A stretch of 64,000 nucleotides of DNA from Auanema rhodensis (Eukaryota > Animalia > Nematoda), in the NCBI GenBank assembly GCA_964057225.1, contig OZ059896.1, positions 10,044,001-10,108,000 on the forward strand. Reading direction: 5' to 3'. Below the pieces are notes generated by a model that saw nothing but the letters and a program-made list of their open reading frames with translations, searched no databases and had not been told where the DNA came from. The stretch's first letter is position 1, and each line of letters opens with the position of its first letter. Positions 39,156 to 53,252 of the stretch are shown here, in pieces. The position numbers were made by a program, and so were the translations under genes.

Positions 39156-40257
39156 ACTTCCTTTTTCAAAAAAATTAACTTTTTTTAAAAAGTAATTCGA
39201 TTAATTATTCTTTTTTTTTCTTTCTTCAATGTTCATAATTTACAAAATACTAATATGATAATTAATAAATTTTTGTCTGTTATTAGGCAAAGCTATTCAT
39301 ACGTGTTGCGTGTTTAATGATTTCATTGAACATCAATCAGAAATATAAATATAAATATTATATATTATACATATATCTTTGAATTTTTCAGTAGATCATA
39401 AGATTTTATGCTGTATGATCTTATATTTTATACATAATGGCGGTTCAATATATTGAAAAGTAGTTGCAATTGAAATTGATGTTCATAATAAACCTAAAAC
39501 ATTTTAAATAACGAATACGAATAATTCATAATTGTATTTTTCAGATATAAATCAATCAATATCCCAAAAAAAAATATTAAATTCATGTATAGCAATTCAT
39601 TTCTCAACTTTAATAAGTAACCTTTATTTCGATATTGATGTAAAAATTTGCAAATATTCATCATTGTCCTATTTTGATTATTGAAAAAAAAAATTTATAA
39701 CAATTTATATATAATAAAAAACATATAATTAGTAAAAATCTTTAATTTTTCTTCTATTCATTGAACTACTTATATGATTTATGAGAACATGAAATCGGTT
39801 CTCAAAACCGTTGAAAATGGCGATTAAACATAATTATATGAAATCGTACTACCCTTATCTATTTCTATGATAATCTATGTTGTTTTCAGGAAAATGGATA
39901 AGTATAGATTGTTTGATGTTGATGTTTGAAAATACTTTCTCTTTCACGGTCAATATATGAAAAAAACATATTAAATGAGGTTAATAATGATCAATGATAA
40001 TAAAAGAAAAAGAAATATTGAAGCAAAAATACAAAATTCGATTTGTAGTTAAACATGCACATGTGAGCAAAGATGGTGAAAACTAATATTTATATGTTTC
40101 AACATTTAGTATTCTATTTTTTTTTCGATTTTTTTCTATTTTTGACTGAGAATCATTTAAAAAAAATCAAAAAAAAATCAAAATAATCTGGCACGAATTG
40201 AATTGGAAAGAGATGATACCCGAAATGAGTAGAAATACGCAAAAGCTAGAAATCAAT

Positions 40258-43200
40258 CTAAGAATAGATCGTAACAACTTCTGCTCCTGTTCCACGAACT
40301 AAAAGAACCCTTTCCATGCCTTCAGTTAAAGCTTCAATGAACTCCATATCTAGAATAATATTGTAAATATGGTTAAACGATTATACAAGAGAATATTCTA
40401 AAATATTTCTTCAACTTACAATAAGTATCGGAATCATTATCTGGTGGTCCGGGTAAATTGATTACAGTTAGTTGACTCTCAGCTGATCTTTCCTTCATAA
40501 GTTCGTTAAGCTTAACAGCAGTGTGCATCTTATGCACGTTATATCTTCTCTTTCTCTTTTGCTCTTCACTTTCCTTAGGTTTATCCTTCAATATTAAGTA
40601 TTGCAATGATAAGTTTCAAGTTTCGTTTTACCTCATTCACTTCTTTGTCATCACTAAATCTGACACCTTTTCCCTCAGCCTTTGGCTTTTTCGTTTCATC
40701 ATCTTCACGACCTTCCTCTACATCTTCTAATTTTTTCTCGAAAATACCAGCCTATGCAAGAAAAATGTTTATAAGTTAGTTTATTGAAAAAACTTACAGC
40801 TTCTTCTTCATTGATCTTGCTAAGCTTGCGTTCTCTAGTAATATCTTCCAAATGAATTTGAATATCACGATCTCTTTCAGTCTTATTCAAACTCTTCAAC
40901 ATTTGAGTTCTTTCTTCCATTTTCAAAGTTCTTTCATAGGTGTAGTCGGAAATATCAGAATCAGTCTGAAAATAATATTATATGAGATAGCTAATTGATT
41001 ATATATATTTACCATTTCAATAATGTGAACTTGAGCTTCAATACGTAATTGATATAAGAATCTTTCAAGATCTTGTTTCATTTGCACATTGTTGTCCTCC
41101 ACTTGAGCAATAGCAAAAAGTCTAACTTTGGTATTTTTCCATGTTTTGTGTTGACGAAGAAGGAACGGCAATAACATGAGAAGACCTCCATCATGCACAA
41201 CCCACCAGACATCAAGATTTCCAGATACTTTAGTGGAAGAAGACGGGAATTTGGCAGCATTTTTTGGTACCAAAATGGCACATCTGAACAATGTACATGA
41301 TAATTTTCACAAAAATGAGAGGAATATTGCTTACTTAGCTGCAGAAATAGCCCGAATGGCGGAAACAAATTTGTGTCCAACAGACCATTGTCTTTCACTA
41401 TTCCATTGATCAGGCCATGTTAACATTACAGTATTATGTCGTAATCCACCAAGACCAGATGTCTTAAATATATTTATAAACATATTAATTTATAATATAA
41501 TATATTAATAAAAATTGAAAAAAAAAATAAACAAATGAATCTTTACTTGAATAAGACAGCTAACTCCATCAATAATGTCAGATGTTACAAGAACATCACA
41601 GAATCCTCTGATTTTGTTTTTACGTAATAAACCTTCCATTGTTTGTTGATAAGCTCCAGCTTCAGCATAATCCACAGCATAATCACCTTTCATACAAAGA
41701 GATACAAGAGTAAGACCCTAAATATTTATATAATTTGTTTATACAATATAGAAAAACATACTTTTCCAGCTTTAAGCTGTGAAACAAAACCTAGCATGCC
41801 ATGAGTTGAAGGATTATCCACTTCATCAACCAAAACAAGCAACTGTGGACGCCAATTACGAGTATGTTGAGGCTTACTATCCAGATTAAGAAGAGCAAAT
41901 CTGAAGAAAACAGAAAATTATCAAATTTTCATGAATGATAGTAGTCTATTACCTGGCAGCACTAAGACCTAAACCACGAATTCCATCTCCCCATTCTTTT
42001 TCAGCTCCAGCATATTCAATATATTTGTAAACAGTTGCTCCAATAAATATAGCAATTAAAGCAAAATGCCAAGCCGAAATGAACATTACGGCAATGCAAA
42101 GAACTGAACCAATCAACGACAGAGACCTATAATTATAAGAAAAAAAATGAGTAAAACAAGTATTCAAGAGAATACAAACCAATGGAAGTATCTGAAACTA
42201 GGTCTCCATCCTGGAGAATTGAGCAGTGATTGAAGGGCACAAGCAGTGTTAACACCCAAGTAACACATAAGGAAGAATCTATATTTTATTTTAATTAATT
42301 AAAATTATTTTAAATAATGTTTACTGTGTAATTAAAGCAGTAATATTTTCAATTACAGCAATGAGGATACCCATTTCACAGATGAGTAAAGTTAAGAAAA
42401 TGGCTCGAATTGGCTCTCCACGCTTATCAATTTTACGGAATGGTTTCAAGAATGGAATAACATCATCTAAAAATTATAAAATTAAATATGTAAGCTATTA
42501 CGAGAACACCAGAAGCAATAGCTTGAAGAAGACGTGGTGCTCCTGTTAACGATTGCATTCCAGCTCCGACTGTAGCCAAAAACGATCCAAACTATAATTA
42601 ATATTCGTTTTTAATCATTATTATGTAGAAGTAATATTAAGACTTGAAAAATACAACTAGTTTTTGTACAAAAACATACCAAAATAGCAATTGGAATAGG
42701 CCAAGCAATTTCAGATACCATTAGTTTTCCCATAGCAGATGATCCAAACTTATCTCGAATCATCATTTCAGAAACTGTTGCTCCAAATAATACAACTCCA
42801 GATATATCTTTAATATTATTGAATTATATATTTATATTTAATTCATTTTTATTTTCTTACAAACAACGCTGGTAGTTAACTGAGCTCCAAGTGTACCTAA
42901 TGGAATAGATCGAGAAGCATCTCGTAAATTTCCAGATCTATTGGATCCAGCCATAATTCCTGAATATATTAATATTTTTTATTGAAATATCTTTGTTAAA
43001 GCATCAAAAACCTGTAGCTGATGGGAAGAAAACACCAATAAGAATCATGAAAGACGTTGTTGAATCAGCAAAAATATAAAAACCATTGGTATTTTGTTTT
43101 GTAGCTTTATCCTTAAATTACATAATTAATAAATTATATATATAATATATTTAAATATTACTTTAGGATCTTTTGATAAAATATCTCCTTGTTTTGTATG

Positions 43201-46200
43201 TTTGGGCCATAAATTATCCCAAAATACTCCACTTGCAATACCTTTGATAGCTGGCTGAAATTCAGAAATTTATTTGAAATTTTATAAAAAAAAAAATTAA
43301 AAATTACCTCTGCGCGAATAGCTGGCAAGTTAGTACCTCTCCATACTTTGATATTCTTAACTTTAGTAAAATAAGGATCACATGTTCCATTATTTGAACA
43401 GAACAATGGTGTTAATCCATCAACTGTACAGTTTGCCATTACTTTGTTGGTTTCAAAATATGTAACAAGATCTACTGGACGATCTCCAACCATACAATAT
43501 CTTAAAGAAAGTTAAATATAATATTTATAGTTATATATATAGTTAATATAAATTAAATAAACTACTCACTTCAAATCATCTGTACCCTTGAAACGAACAG
43601 CAACTCCAAGGAATGAGGAGAGAATACAGAAGATAACAACAAATACCATAGGAAGAGCAAACTTATTGACAACCTTAAAACATATTTTTAAAAAAATTAA
43701 AATAAATTTTATGACTATTAGAATACCTTAACTCCAGCTAAGACAATTAATCCAAGAATAAATAATAATACTGTACCCAATAGACGGAAATTATTGAAAA
43801 TATCTTCAAAAACTTTGGCACTTGGAGCTATATATAGCTAAAATATAATATTATTATGTAAATTATAATTTCTAATTTACCAGAAGAATTTCAACAGCTC
43901 CCGTAATGTACATTGATGCAGCTATTGTTGTTCCAAGATAGAATAAAATACCAACAGCACCACCAAGCTCTGGACCCAGATTTCTACTAATCATGTAGTA
44001 CGGTCCTCCACCCGACACCACACCATTTGTAGCTATAGCAGATAAGGAAATAGATGTCAAGAAAGTCTATAAAAAAAAAGAATAAAAATGTATAATAATT
44101 ATACTAATTATACTAATTATATTAAAAATATAAAATAAACTTACTACAGAAACGCAAATAAAAACGACAAAAAATGCTTGGAATATTCCAGCTGTACCGA
44201 TAATCCAGACCATACGAATGAAGAACAAAACTCCGAATATATTTTGAAGACATGGCAAGAAAACTCCCATGATTGTTCCCATTTTAGCTGCCTACAAAAG
44301 AAAAGTCTTTAATTATATTTTCATTAAAAAAAAGTTTTCATTCCATATTAGTTATTGAACTTTTCCTTATAATATTCATATAAACTTCATGTTTTCTCTA
44401 TATGCTCTTTGATCATCAATTCACCTGTTTTGGTTTTTCATCAGCTTCTTCAGCAGTAGGCTCAGTTGCATTGTAAACGGATAGCTTCCGTAACATTTGT
44501 CCGATTTTTTGTCCCTGAGTATCATAGTCTTGCTGCAAATAAAAGAACTAAATATGTTATATACTCTCTATATATATATATATGTATAATTAATAAAATT
44601 TCTTAACAACAATAATCATTATATAGTAATATTATTTATTGATATATGTGTATATAATCAAATTAATAGTTAATTTATATATTTAAATATACCCATATAT
44701 ATCTAACTATATATCTAACTATATATTATATTTAATATGTTACTTAAATGTAATTTGACATTTCAATCTTTATTCTACTACTGTCTCTTTAACTTTTCTT
44801 TTATATGTTTCAGCTTGAACGATTATTTCAAATATGAAATTTTAAGAAATGTCGTTGTTCATACATACATATACTATGTTATAATATATGAAAAAGGAGG
44901 TTTGTACGAAAAAAAAAGAAAAAAGAAAGATTGATATTCCAAAAGTTTCAAAGTTATGTGTAAAAGTTCAACAGAAGAGAAGAAACATTATACATAACGT
45001 ATACACATGTATTGCAACTCCTATGAGACAAGTAGTCAGAGTTGAAAGTTTATTTTCTTCAAAAAATACTTAATTAAATAAAATATAACTATATATAGTT
45101 ATATATTTACAGATATTATTTTATATTTAATTTTAAATTCAACAATTCTTTCTCTCAGCTTTTTCTTAACTTTAGTTGCAAAAGCATTTTTTTTCAATAA
45201 ATTGACACAAATAACTAGATGATGGATAGGAACTTTAGCAATAATGACATAGCTTTTCAAGAATAAAAAGACAATAGTTCTTTTAGATACATAATATAAA
45301 CCAAAAATATACATTCATCAAGTTATACACATGTGTATAGTATTTAAAAAAAAAAGAAAAAAAGAAGAAAAGTATAAGAAATAATAGAAATAAGAATATA
45401 TGTATATGTATATGTATATATATAATACGAGATTTCTCTATTTATATATATATAGTTATAAATAAATATTATTAAAACTATATATATATATTTATTTATT
45501 TTTTATTTTTATTTTAAAAACTTGTTTTTACTGACCTCGTATAATGCAAGAGGTGAATGCTGCTCACATAATGGAATTCTTTCAGCACCATCGTCTGGAA
45601 TAAACAAATTAATTAAAATTGTTTGAATCAAAATTGAAGTTAATTGAATTTTTCATTCGATTATATCCTTGTATACTAGATATACGGAAATATTTAAGGT
45701 TTTTTCTATTCTTTGGTAACTTTGTTTAAAATAATAGTTTTGGATGTTTATCAGTTTGTATATACTTGAATAACTTTTTATATATTTGAAAAATTTAATT
45801 AATAAAAAAAATATTCAATTATAGTTTTAAAATTAAATAAAAATATATATAATACTGATTATATATTCTATATTATTTTTTTTATTTTTTTAAAATTTAT
45901 ATATAAACATTTTTTTTAAATCTGTTCACAATGAGCAATATCTTTGAAGTTTTTCTGATTTTAAAGAATATGAAAGTAGTTTTTTTCTTTATAACTACAC
46001 TGCATTTAGCAGATGAAATACCAAGTTTAGAAAAAATGTCGTTGCACAAGGTTATAATAAGCCATCAAGCATAAATTAGCATAATTGGCGGGAAACACAT
46101 CAGCTAGCTATACACAATGGAACAACACATCATCTTTTTTTTGGCTTGTACGAAATATATGTAGTTCTTGCAATTTTCTTCACAAAAAAAAGAAGAGAAA

Positions 46201-46349
46201 AAAAGATATAAACATCAAAAAATATGTAAATTTGTATATGAAACATATGTATATATCTAAATTTATAGATAAATATGTTTAAATTAATATAATATATTAA
46301 TTATTTTATGTTACTCATCACCTTTTTTAGATCCACGTCGTGTAGACAT
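40258..46349 (-). CDS. kcc-2: K-Cl cotransporter (SLC12, KCC type), short-N-terminus isoform
   Basis: MSTRRGSKK (46322-46349) joins DGAERIP...LALYE (45536-45594), then [20 protein letters not shown] and [21 protein letters not shown]. Further motifs: [48 protein letters not shown], and C-terminal EVVTIYS*. Confidence 0.94.
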
Positions 46350-48727
46350 TGTTATAAGTATTCAAATTCAATCATAATATTAGTTAATAATTAATTAATA
46401 TAGATATAGTTTTTAAAAAAAAAAACTTTTTAATTTTGGTTATAACACAGTTCAATTCAAATATATTTAGCTATGACGTTCTTTTGACCAATAACCTAAA
46501 ATAGAAATGCATTGGTTTAAAGTTAAACTATATACTTGAGAATAATACGAAATTATAAGAAAATGTATTTGATTGACTTCAAGAATATCTAACAGTATGA
46601 GTCTTATTGTCTAAGAAAGATTTGGCATGAATTCAAAATGCCTCAGGGTGAAGTAAGGGAATTTCAGAATAAAGTTTTAGATAAGCTACGCATTAAGACA
46701 TTCCGATTGATAAATACGGTAAAGTTGAAAACCTTGTTAAGTAGAAGAAGCATAACAATAATCTAGAAAGTATAGTATAGTGTATGCTCTGGAAATTAAG
46801 GAAAAGAAATATATGTATAGTTGGTTACGTAAATAGATTCATAAAACTGAATTGATCACATATCAGAATCATGATGTGATGATTTAGATTGAAAAGTAGC
46901 TGTTGAAGATTATATAGGCAACTTATGACCAGATTAGTACTGGCCTATAGAAGAGCAAAAAGAGGAAGATGCAACGACTGAAGAGCGTGCTTCAGACTCA
47001 AAGCCCTGAAAACGGCTCTGCTATTTAGTCGGGCCTCGTGCCAAATACTCCTGGAACGAAAATTGGGCAGACATATGCGAGAGAAAACTTTTTTTCTATT
47101 CTTTTCTTTTTGAGGCTGGTTTTATTCATTGAAACAAGAAAAAACATAGATAAAAAAAGGAGAAAAAATGGAGAAGATGAAGCAGAGAATGAAAATATTG
47201 AAGAGAATATGTCTGACATTTGAAGAAAGAGTATAAAAAATGAAGAGATTGAGTGAAAGAAACAAAAATGTAAAGGTAAAGTAAAGTATTTACTATACTA
47301 AATATACATATAGTAGTATATGTATATCTTTTGAATTTAAAAAAAAAAATTTGTTGTAACATTTCATATTATCGAAAGAAACGATATGCATCAAAATAAA
47401 GTGCAATTGAATGTGGAAAGAAATTTCCATAGCGAAAAGAGTAATGAAATAACCGGACAATTCAACTTGAATAAAGAACTTTAAAGTCAAAAGAGGAAGA
47501 GATAAAGAGAACTGCAGTTGAAGTTATTATATTGAAAAAGAAAATAATAACTGAATACGGAAATTATATACATATGTGTATATATACGTATATGTGTAGA
47601 TATAATCCATACATACAGAGAAAAATATAATTTAGTTTAAATAATATTTTAAATAAAGAAAAAAATATATAAAATCAACGAAAGTTGTTGTTTTTTCAAG
47701 CTCGCATGCTGTTTGAAGATAAACTACAACCAGAGATAAAAGCTCTCTCTCTAACACATTCAAGCATTCTTTCTTTGAGACATCAAAGTATCTGTGTGCG
47801 TATGTATGTGTATGTGTGGATATGAGAGTGGAAAAGAAAGAGAGAAACTAAAAGAGAAAGAAAGAAAAATGTGTCAATGTGTGCCTACATAACCTGAGGC
47901 TTCGATTAAGCTTGTCTTCTGACTATTACCGCCTGCTGAGCATCGAGAAGTTAAAGAGAGGAGTAAGCAGCTGAATTGTTTCCGATTCCGCCTCTCTTAG
48001 TTATGAAAAGCGGAAGGATCAAGACAACATTTTTTTTCTGGTTGGATACAGAGGAAATAGTTTTTTACAATCTGGAGGGATAATATATAGTAAATATTGA
48101 TTTACAGAAGAAAAGATTAAAACTTACATGATAATAGGAAACAACTTAAAATTAAATGGAAAAAACAAATTAAAAGAAGAAAAATTATATTGACAACCGG
48201 TCTGTGCATCAACTTAATGATATGTTTTTCGTTTACGTGAATTCCACGTCATGCAGCTTATTAGCTTACATGCTAATATCAAGGGGTTAGCGCTCAATAA
48301 TTTTGTTTTGTTTTTTTTAAATGTAAATATGATAATGTTTCGTTATAAATGAGAAAATACAGCAAATTATGGGCATAAATACTGTTTTTTCCACTTTAAG
48401 CTATATCAGATACATAGAGCTGACTTAAAAAAATTAAAAATAAAAGAAGAAAAGAAAATGAGGATAGAAAAGATATAAAGGAGTACAATGTGCAAGCAAG
48501 ATAATCGGAGAGAAAATAAAATAAAGGAACAAGAGGCAGGGAACAAATCTAGAGAAGGCAAAAGAAAAGTTGAGTAAGATGGAGGCGTCACACAGCAGGC
48601 TGTGCTTCCCTTCATTGCTTCTGAAGCTGTTGATGGTCGCCGAGTTTCCATTTTTGGTTTCGTGCAGTTTCTGGAAAACGGAGAAAGGAGGAGAGGGAGA
48701 TGAGAGAATGGGGAGAATAGAAAGAGG

Positions 48728-48732
<5 letters not shown>

Positions 48733-48791
<59 letters not shown>
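48733..48791. repeat. (AG)n microsatellite, about 29 units
   Basis: Pure AG run in the long KCC first intron. Confidence 0.95.
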
Positions 48792-48795
<4 letters not shown>

Positions 48796-50360
48796 AAGAG
48801 AGAGAAAGGAGAACAGGGGGTTGAAATGCGTAGTGAGAGAAAATGAAATACATATGAAGAGAAGTACGAAAGGAAATAAAGGATAAAGTAAGATAAAAAG
48901 AAAAAAGAATGAAAAGAGTTGAATACATGCCGAGTAATAAGAGAGAAAAGTGCCAAATATGATGAACACTTCTCATATACTTTTCCGTCGTCCTTATTTT
49001 ATGTTGCTTCTCACTACTCAACATCTCCACGGCATCGACGACAGCAGTATCTGCCATTGGCATTATTCTGACAACGACAGCTTTAAGTTGCTATGACATG
49101 GATGAGTTTCAAACTGAAGCTTTTCGTAGTGAAAATGGCTTGAGTTCATTGTCGTGCTGACGACATGCAGTAGTTGAGTTTCAATACACCTTGTTCCATT
49201 ATATTTACTGAAGGTAACGGAATGCCATAGAGAGTTTATTTGCCTCTTTTCTAAAAGAAGGATATCGACTAGAAGGATATAACACCGATCCTTCTGATAT
49301 GGCATAGAATATTTAATTAGTGTTTATGAAAAGAAGAAATAGAACAAATTTATAAAAAGAATCATAAGAAATTTCTCTAAATTCGAGTGCTTTTCCACAA
49401 ATTTCTAAATGTACTTTAGGAACATGAAAAGAAGTTTTTTTTTTTTGAAAAATAAAAATAATAGTTAATATAACTAGAATAGAAAACAAGAAATATTCAT
49501 ATATTTATAGAAATAAACACAAGGTTTAATATGCTCATGTTATAACCATTGAACCAAATAAAGTGTTGTAAATTTGTTTTTTATCGTATGTTATAGAAGA
49601 TGTCTTATCTATAATTCCCAAAGAAAAATGAGGCAGTGAGCAAAAGATAGAGAGAAGGATGACGGCTAGTGGATAAAGAAGTGGTGCGTTGTCCAAGATA
49701 CTTAGATAACTATAGTTATGAATGAACAGATCGCAACCAAATCAAGGCATTCTTGTCGTCATACATGTCTTGTCTTCGATTGCCATCAGAAGACGTGGAT
49801 ATAGAGATGACAACAGCGAAGGACGAGAGCGATGATGTCAATGAAATGTACGAGAAAAACTCAAAGCAGTTTTGGCTCTTATTGCGTCTGTTCGTTATTC
49901 AGTCTAGGGACCAGCAGTCCATAATTGGACTGACGCCAAGTGAGATGTTGCACAGGGATTAAGCTTTAGAGCCTTGAATATTCTGATTATTCGTCTGCTT
50001 TCGTTTCCGTATGATGCTCTTTGGCAAAGTATACATGCATAGAGGGAACAATGAGTAAATTCAACCAAATTTTTATTTGTTTTCGTAGATTATACATACT
50101 TATATGTATATAGTTAGGTTGACTATCGTTTCTTCTTTTCTTTCCTTTTCATCTCAAAAAGATTTAAGTCTGAACAGAGTTGTCTTCAAAAGTGCAAAAA
50201 GATCAAAAGCATTAAATAAAATAAAATAAAGGTCTACAATAACTATAATAATTTAAATAAATTATATAATATGTACAATAAAAATTTCTCTTTAAATTCA
50301 TTTTGATCTATCAAATTTTTTTTGATGATCTCACATTTTCATTTTTATTTATTCCATCTT

Positions 50361-50362
<2 letters not shown>

Positions 50363-50403
<41 letters not shown>
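50363..50403. repeat. (TC)n microsatellite, opposite orientation to neighbouring AG runs
   Basis: About 20 TC units. Confidence 0.95.
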
Positions 50404-51415
50404 TTCATATTTTTTCAAACTTTTCATCTTCAATCATGCATTGAGTATACTTATTGTTCAATCAGCTCATCTCAATCATAACTCCAAGACCTGTTGTTTA
50501 AAAAAACCATTTAGACGTCATATGATTATAGAAATCTATTTTTTACCATATGTACATATATAGTATTCTCTACGATAATATATAATCAAATTAATTAACA
50601 ATGATAAAATGAAATGAAAAAAGAAGATTCAAAAAGTAATCTACAGATATAATTATTGAAACTATAATTTGGTTTTTTATACAAAAACCATATGAAAGTA
50701 TGGAAATAAAAAAAAAAAGAAAGAAAGAAGAGAAATTTCATTACATTGAAGAAACAATTCTTTTCATTTCAATATATGTGCATAATATATGAACTTTGTC
50801 GATATACATATGTACATATGTATTTCACAAATGTTATTCACTTTTTTTAGAAGAGGGGAGAATGGAGAATCTTCTATATATCATTAACAAAAACATTTAA
50901 ATTTAAATATTTAATATATTAAAATAAAAGAAAATAACGAATGAATAGATTTTTCTTTTCTTTCTCTCTTTTTTTTTGGGAAAATAAAAATTGAAAATCG
51001 TCTTAAGATTTAAAAAGCCGTTTATGAAAAGACACAACCAAGGAATGTCAAATAATCCTTCTTTATGCGACAACGACGATGATGTCTTCAGAAGCATGTT
51101 AATACCCGAGGCCTAGTTGATCCTTCTCGGGTTCTATGGTTAAACCAAAAGAACTGTTATACTAGAATTTTTTTAGTTCTAATAGATAAACTGCTGATTT
51201 ACAAATAATATTTTTATGTGTATATATATATATACATATGTATGTAAATAATTAACAAATAAGGTATATACTATACATAAATATACTATATGTATATTCA
51301 TGTAAAATAGAAATTAACATGAAAAAAATAAAAGAAATTAATGTATAATTGGAGTAATATATGATATTGAAAGAGAGAAAGAGAGAAGGAAGAAGAAGGG
51401 AAAGGAGTATATATA

Positions 51416-51439
51416 GAAAGAGAGAGGAAGAGATAGAGC

Positions 51440-51496
<57 letters not shown>

Positions 51497-51502
51497 AGAG
51501 AG
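51416..51502. repeat. Imperfect (AG)n microsatellite
   Basis: AG run with a few interruptions. Confidence 0.9.
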
Positions 51503-52259
51503 ATAATTCAAAGATATTTATATAGTAATCAATATATACATTATATTAAGTAATTTAATTGATTATTAGTTTCAAATTTATGTTAAGTATCAAGTTGAAG
51601 TACTCATTTTCCATATATACATGCTGTATCTCAATTTTCTTCTATTTCAAAGAATAAAATAATTCTTAATACATCATAATGAATTTTTTTTTCTTTGACA
51701 TAAGATAGTATATAGAAAATACAAACAAAATAAGCACATCAATGAAATATTAGAAGCTTATTGTTATGAAAGAAAAATAAAATATTGAAATATAAAGAAC
51801 AATAAAAAACTTTAACCAGTACAATACAGAAAAAAAAGTATTTGGAAAAAGTTTTCAAGATTTTCTTTAAATGTTCTAGAAATAGCTATACATACATAAC
51901 GATACATATAGTTATTTCTATTAAATATAATTTAATTAGGAAATATAATTTTATTTATAAAAAAAAAAGAAAAAAAATTGAATGTATTCATCTGTATGTC
52001 AAACAGATTATCAAAAGCTTCAGGTGAAATGCGTGAAAACATTGCCAATGTGGAGAACCTTAGTATGTACACATGAATGTATTTGAAATATTTATTATTT
52101 AAAGTTAAAAAAATAAAAAAAACGCGGCTAATGAAGAAAAATGGCGAATTTTTAAAAAAAAATAACAGAAAGCTTTTGTTATTTGTTCCAAAAAACCACT
52201 AATACATATGTGTATGTATATAATACACACATATACATACATACAATGTATGTATATTC

Positions 52260-52293
<34 letters not shown>

Positions 52294-53035
52294 TATTTTA
52301 AAAATTTTATTTATTATAAAAAATTAAATGTAAAATACCAATTCAACTATTTCAGGTCATTTTCAATTTTTGAACATACTCAACAAATTTTTCATTTTTT
52401 TCACCCAAAGGTATGAGCGTATTTGTAGTAGTTTTTAAAGAAATGTCCTGTTTTTCAATAAAATAAATGACATATAAGCTATGTAAAACATCAAGAACAT
52501 CGATAAGTTTTTATGGATTTTCAAAGTAGAAAACAAATATAAAAAAAGGTAAACCCAAATAGGAATTAATGAAAAAAATATGTTTGAAATATATATTAAA
52601 TAAAAAAAAAGAGAAATGGATACTCAAACAAATAGATTGAGGAATATGGAGCAAGAGTATTTGTAAAATATGCATCTACCTTATAAATATATAGATTATA
52701 GTATTTACTATATATATATATAGAAATATTAATAAAAATAGTTTTTTAAATGAAAATATTTTAAATTTTGAAACAAAATTGTTCAGTTGAAACGAGACTC
52801 TGAATGAAAAGTATGAAAAGCTTAATGTGCATGCATGTCAATGGTTAAGGTAATTAGGAAAAAGAGTTTTTAACAGATTACATAACATATGCATTTCCGG
52901 TTGCATCATTTTGTGTGAAAGATGATGAGAACGGAAATTGAGCTTTTCCGATTCTGAAATTTAGTTTTATTCTTCTTTCTGAGTAGAACATGAAAAAGGA
53001 TGAGTAACTGTGTGCAAGAGTAGAAGGTAAAAAAA

Positions 53036-53059
53036 GAGAGAGAGAGAGAGAGAAAGAGA

Positions 53060-53116
<57 letters not shown>

Positions 53117-53134
53117 AGAGAAAGAGAAAGAGAT

Positions 53135-53183
<49 letters not shown>

Positions 53184-53252
53184 AGAGATGAGAAAGAGAA
53201 AGAGAGAGAGATAGAGATAGAGATAGAGAGAGAAAGAGAAAGAGAGCGAGAG
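53036..53252. repeat. Compound (AG)n/(AGAAAG)n/(AGATAG)n purine tract, about 215 bp
   Basis: Nearly pure purine tract on the plus strand. Confidence 0.95.
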
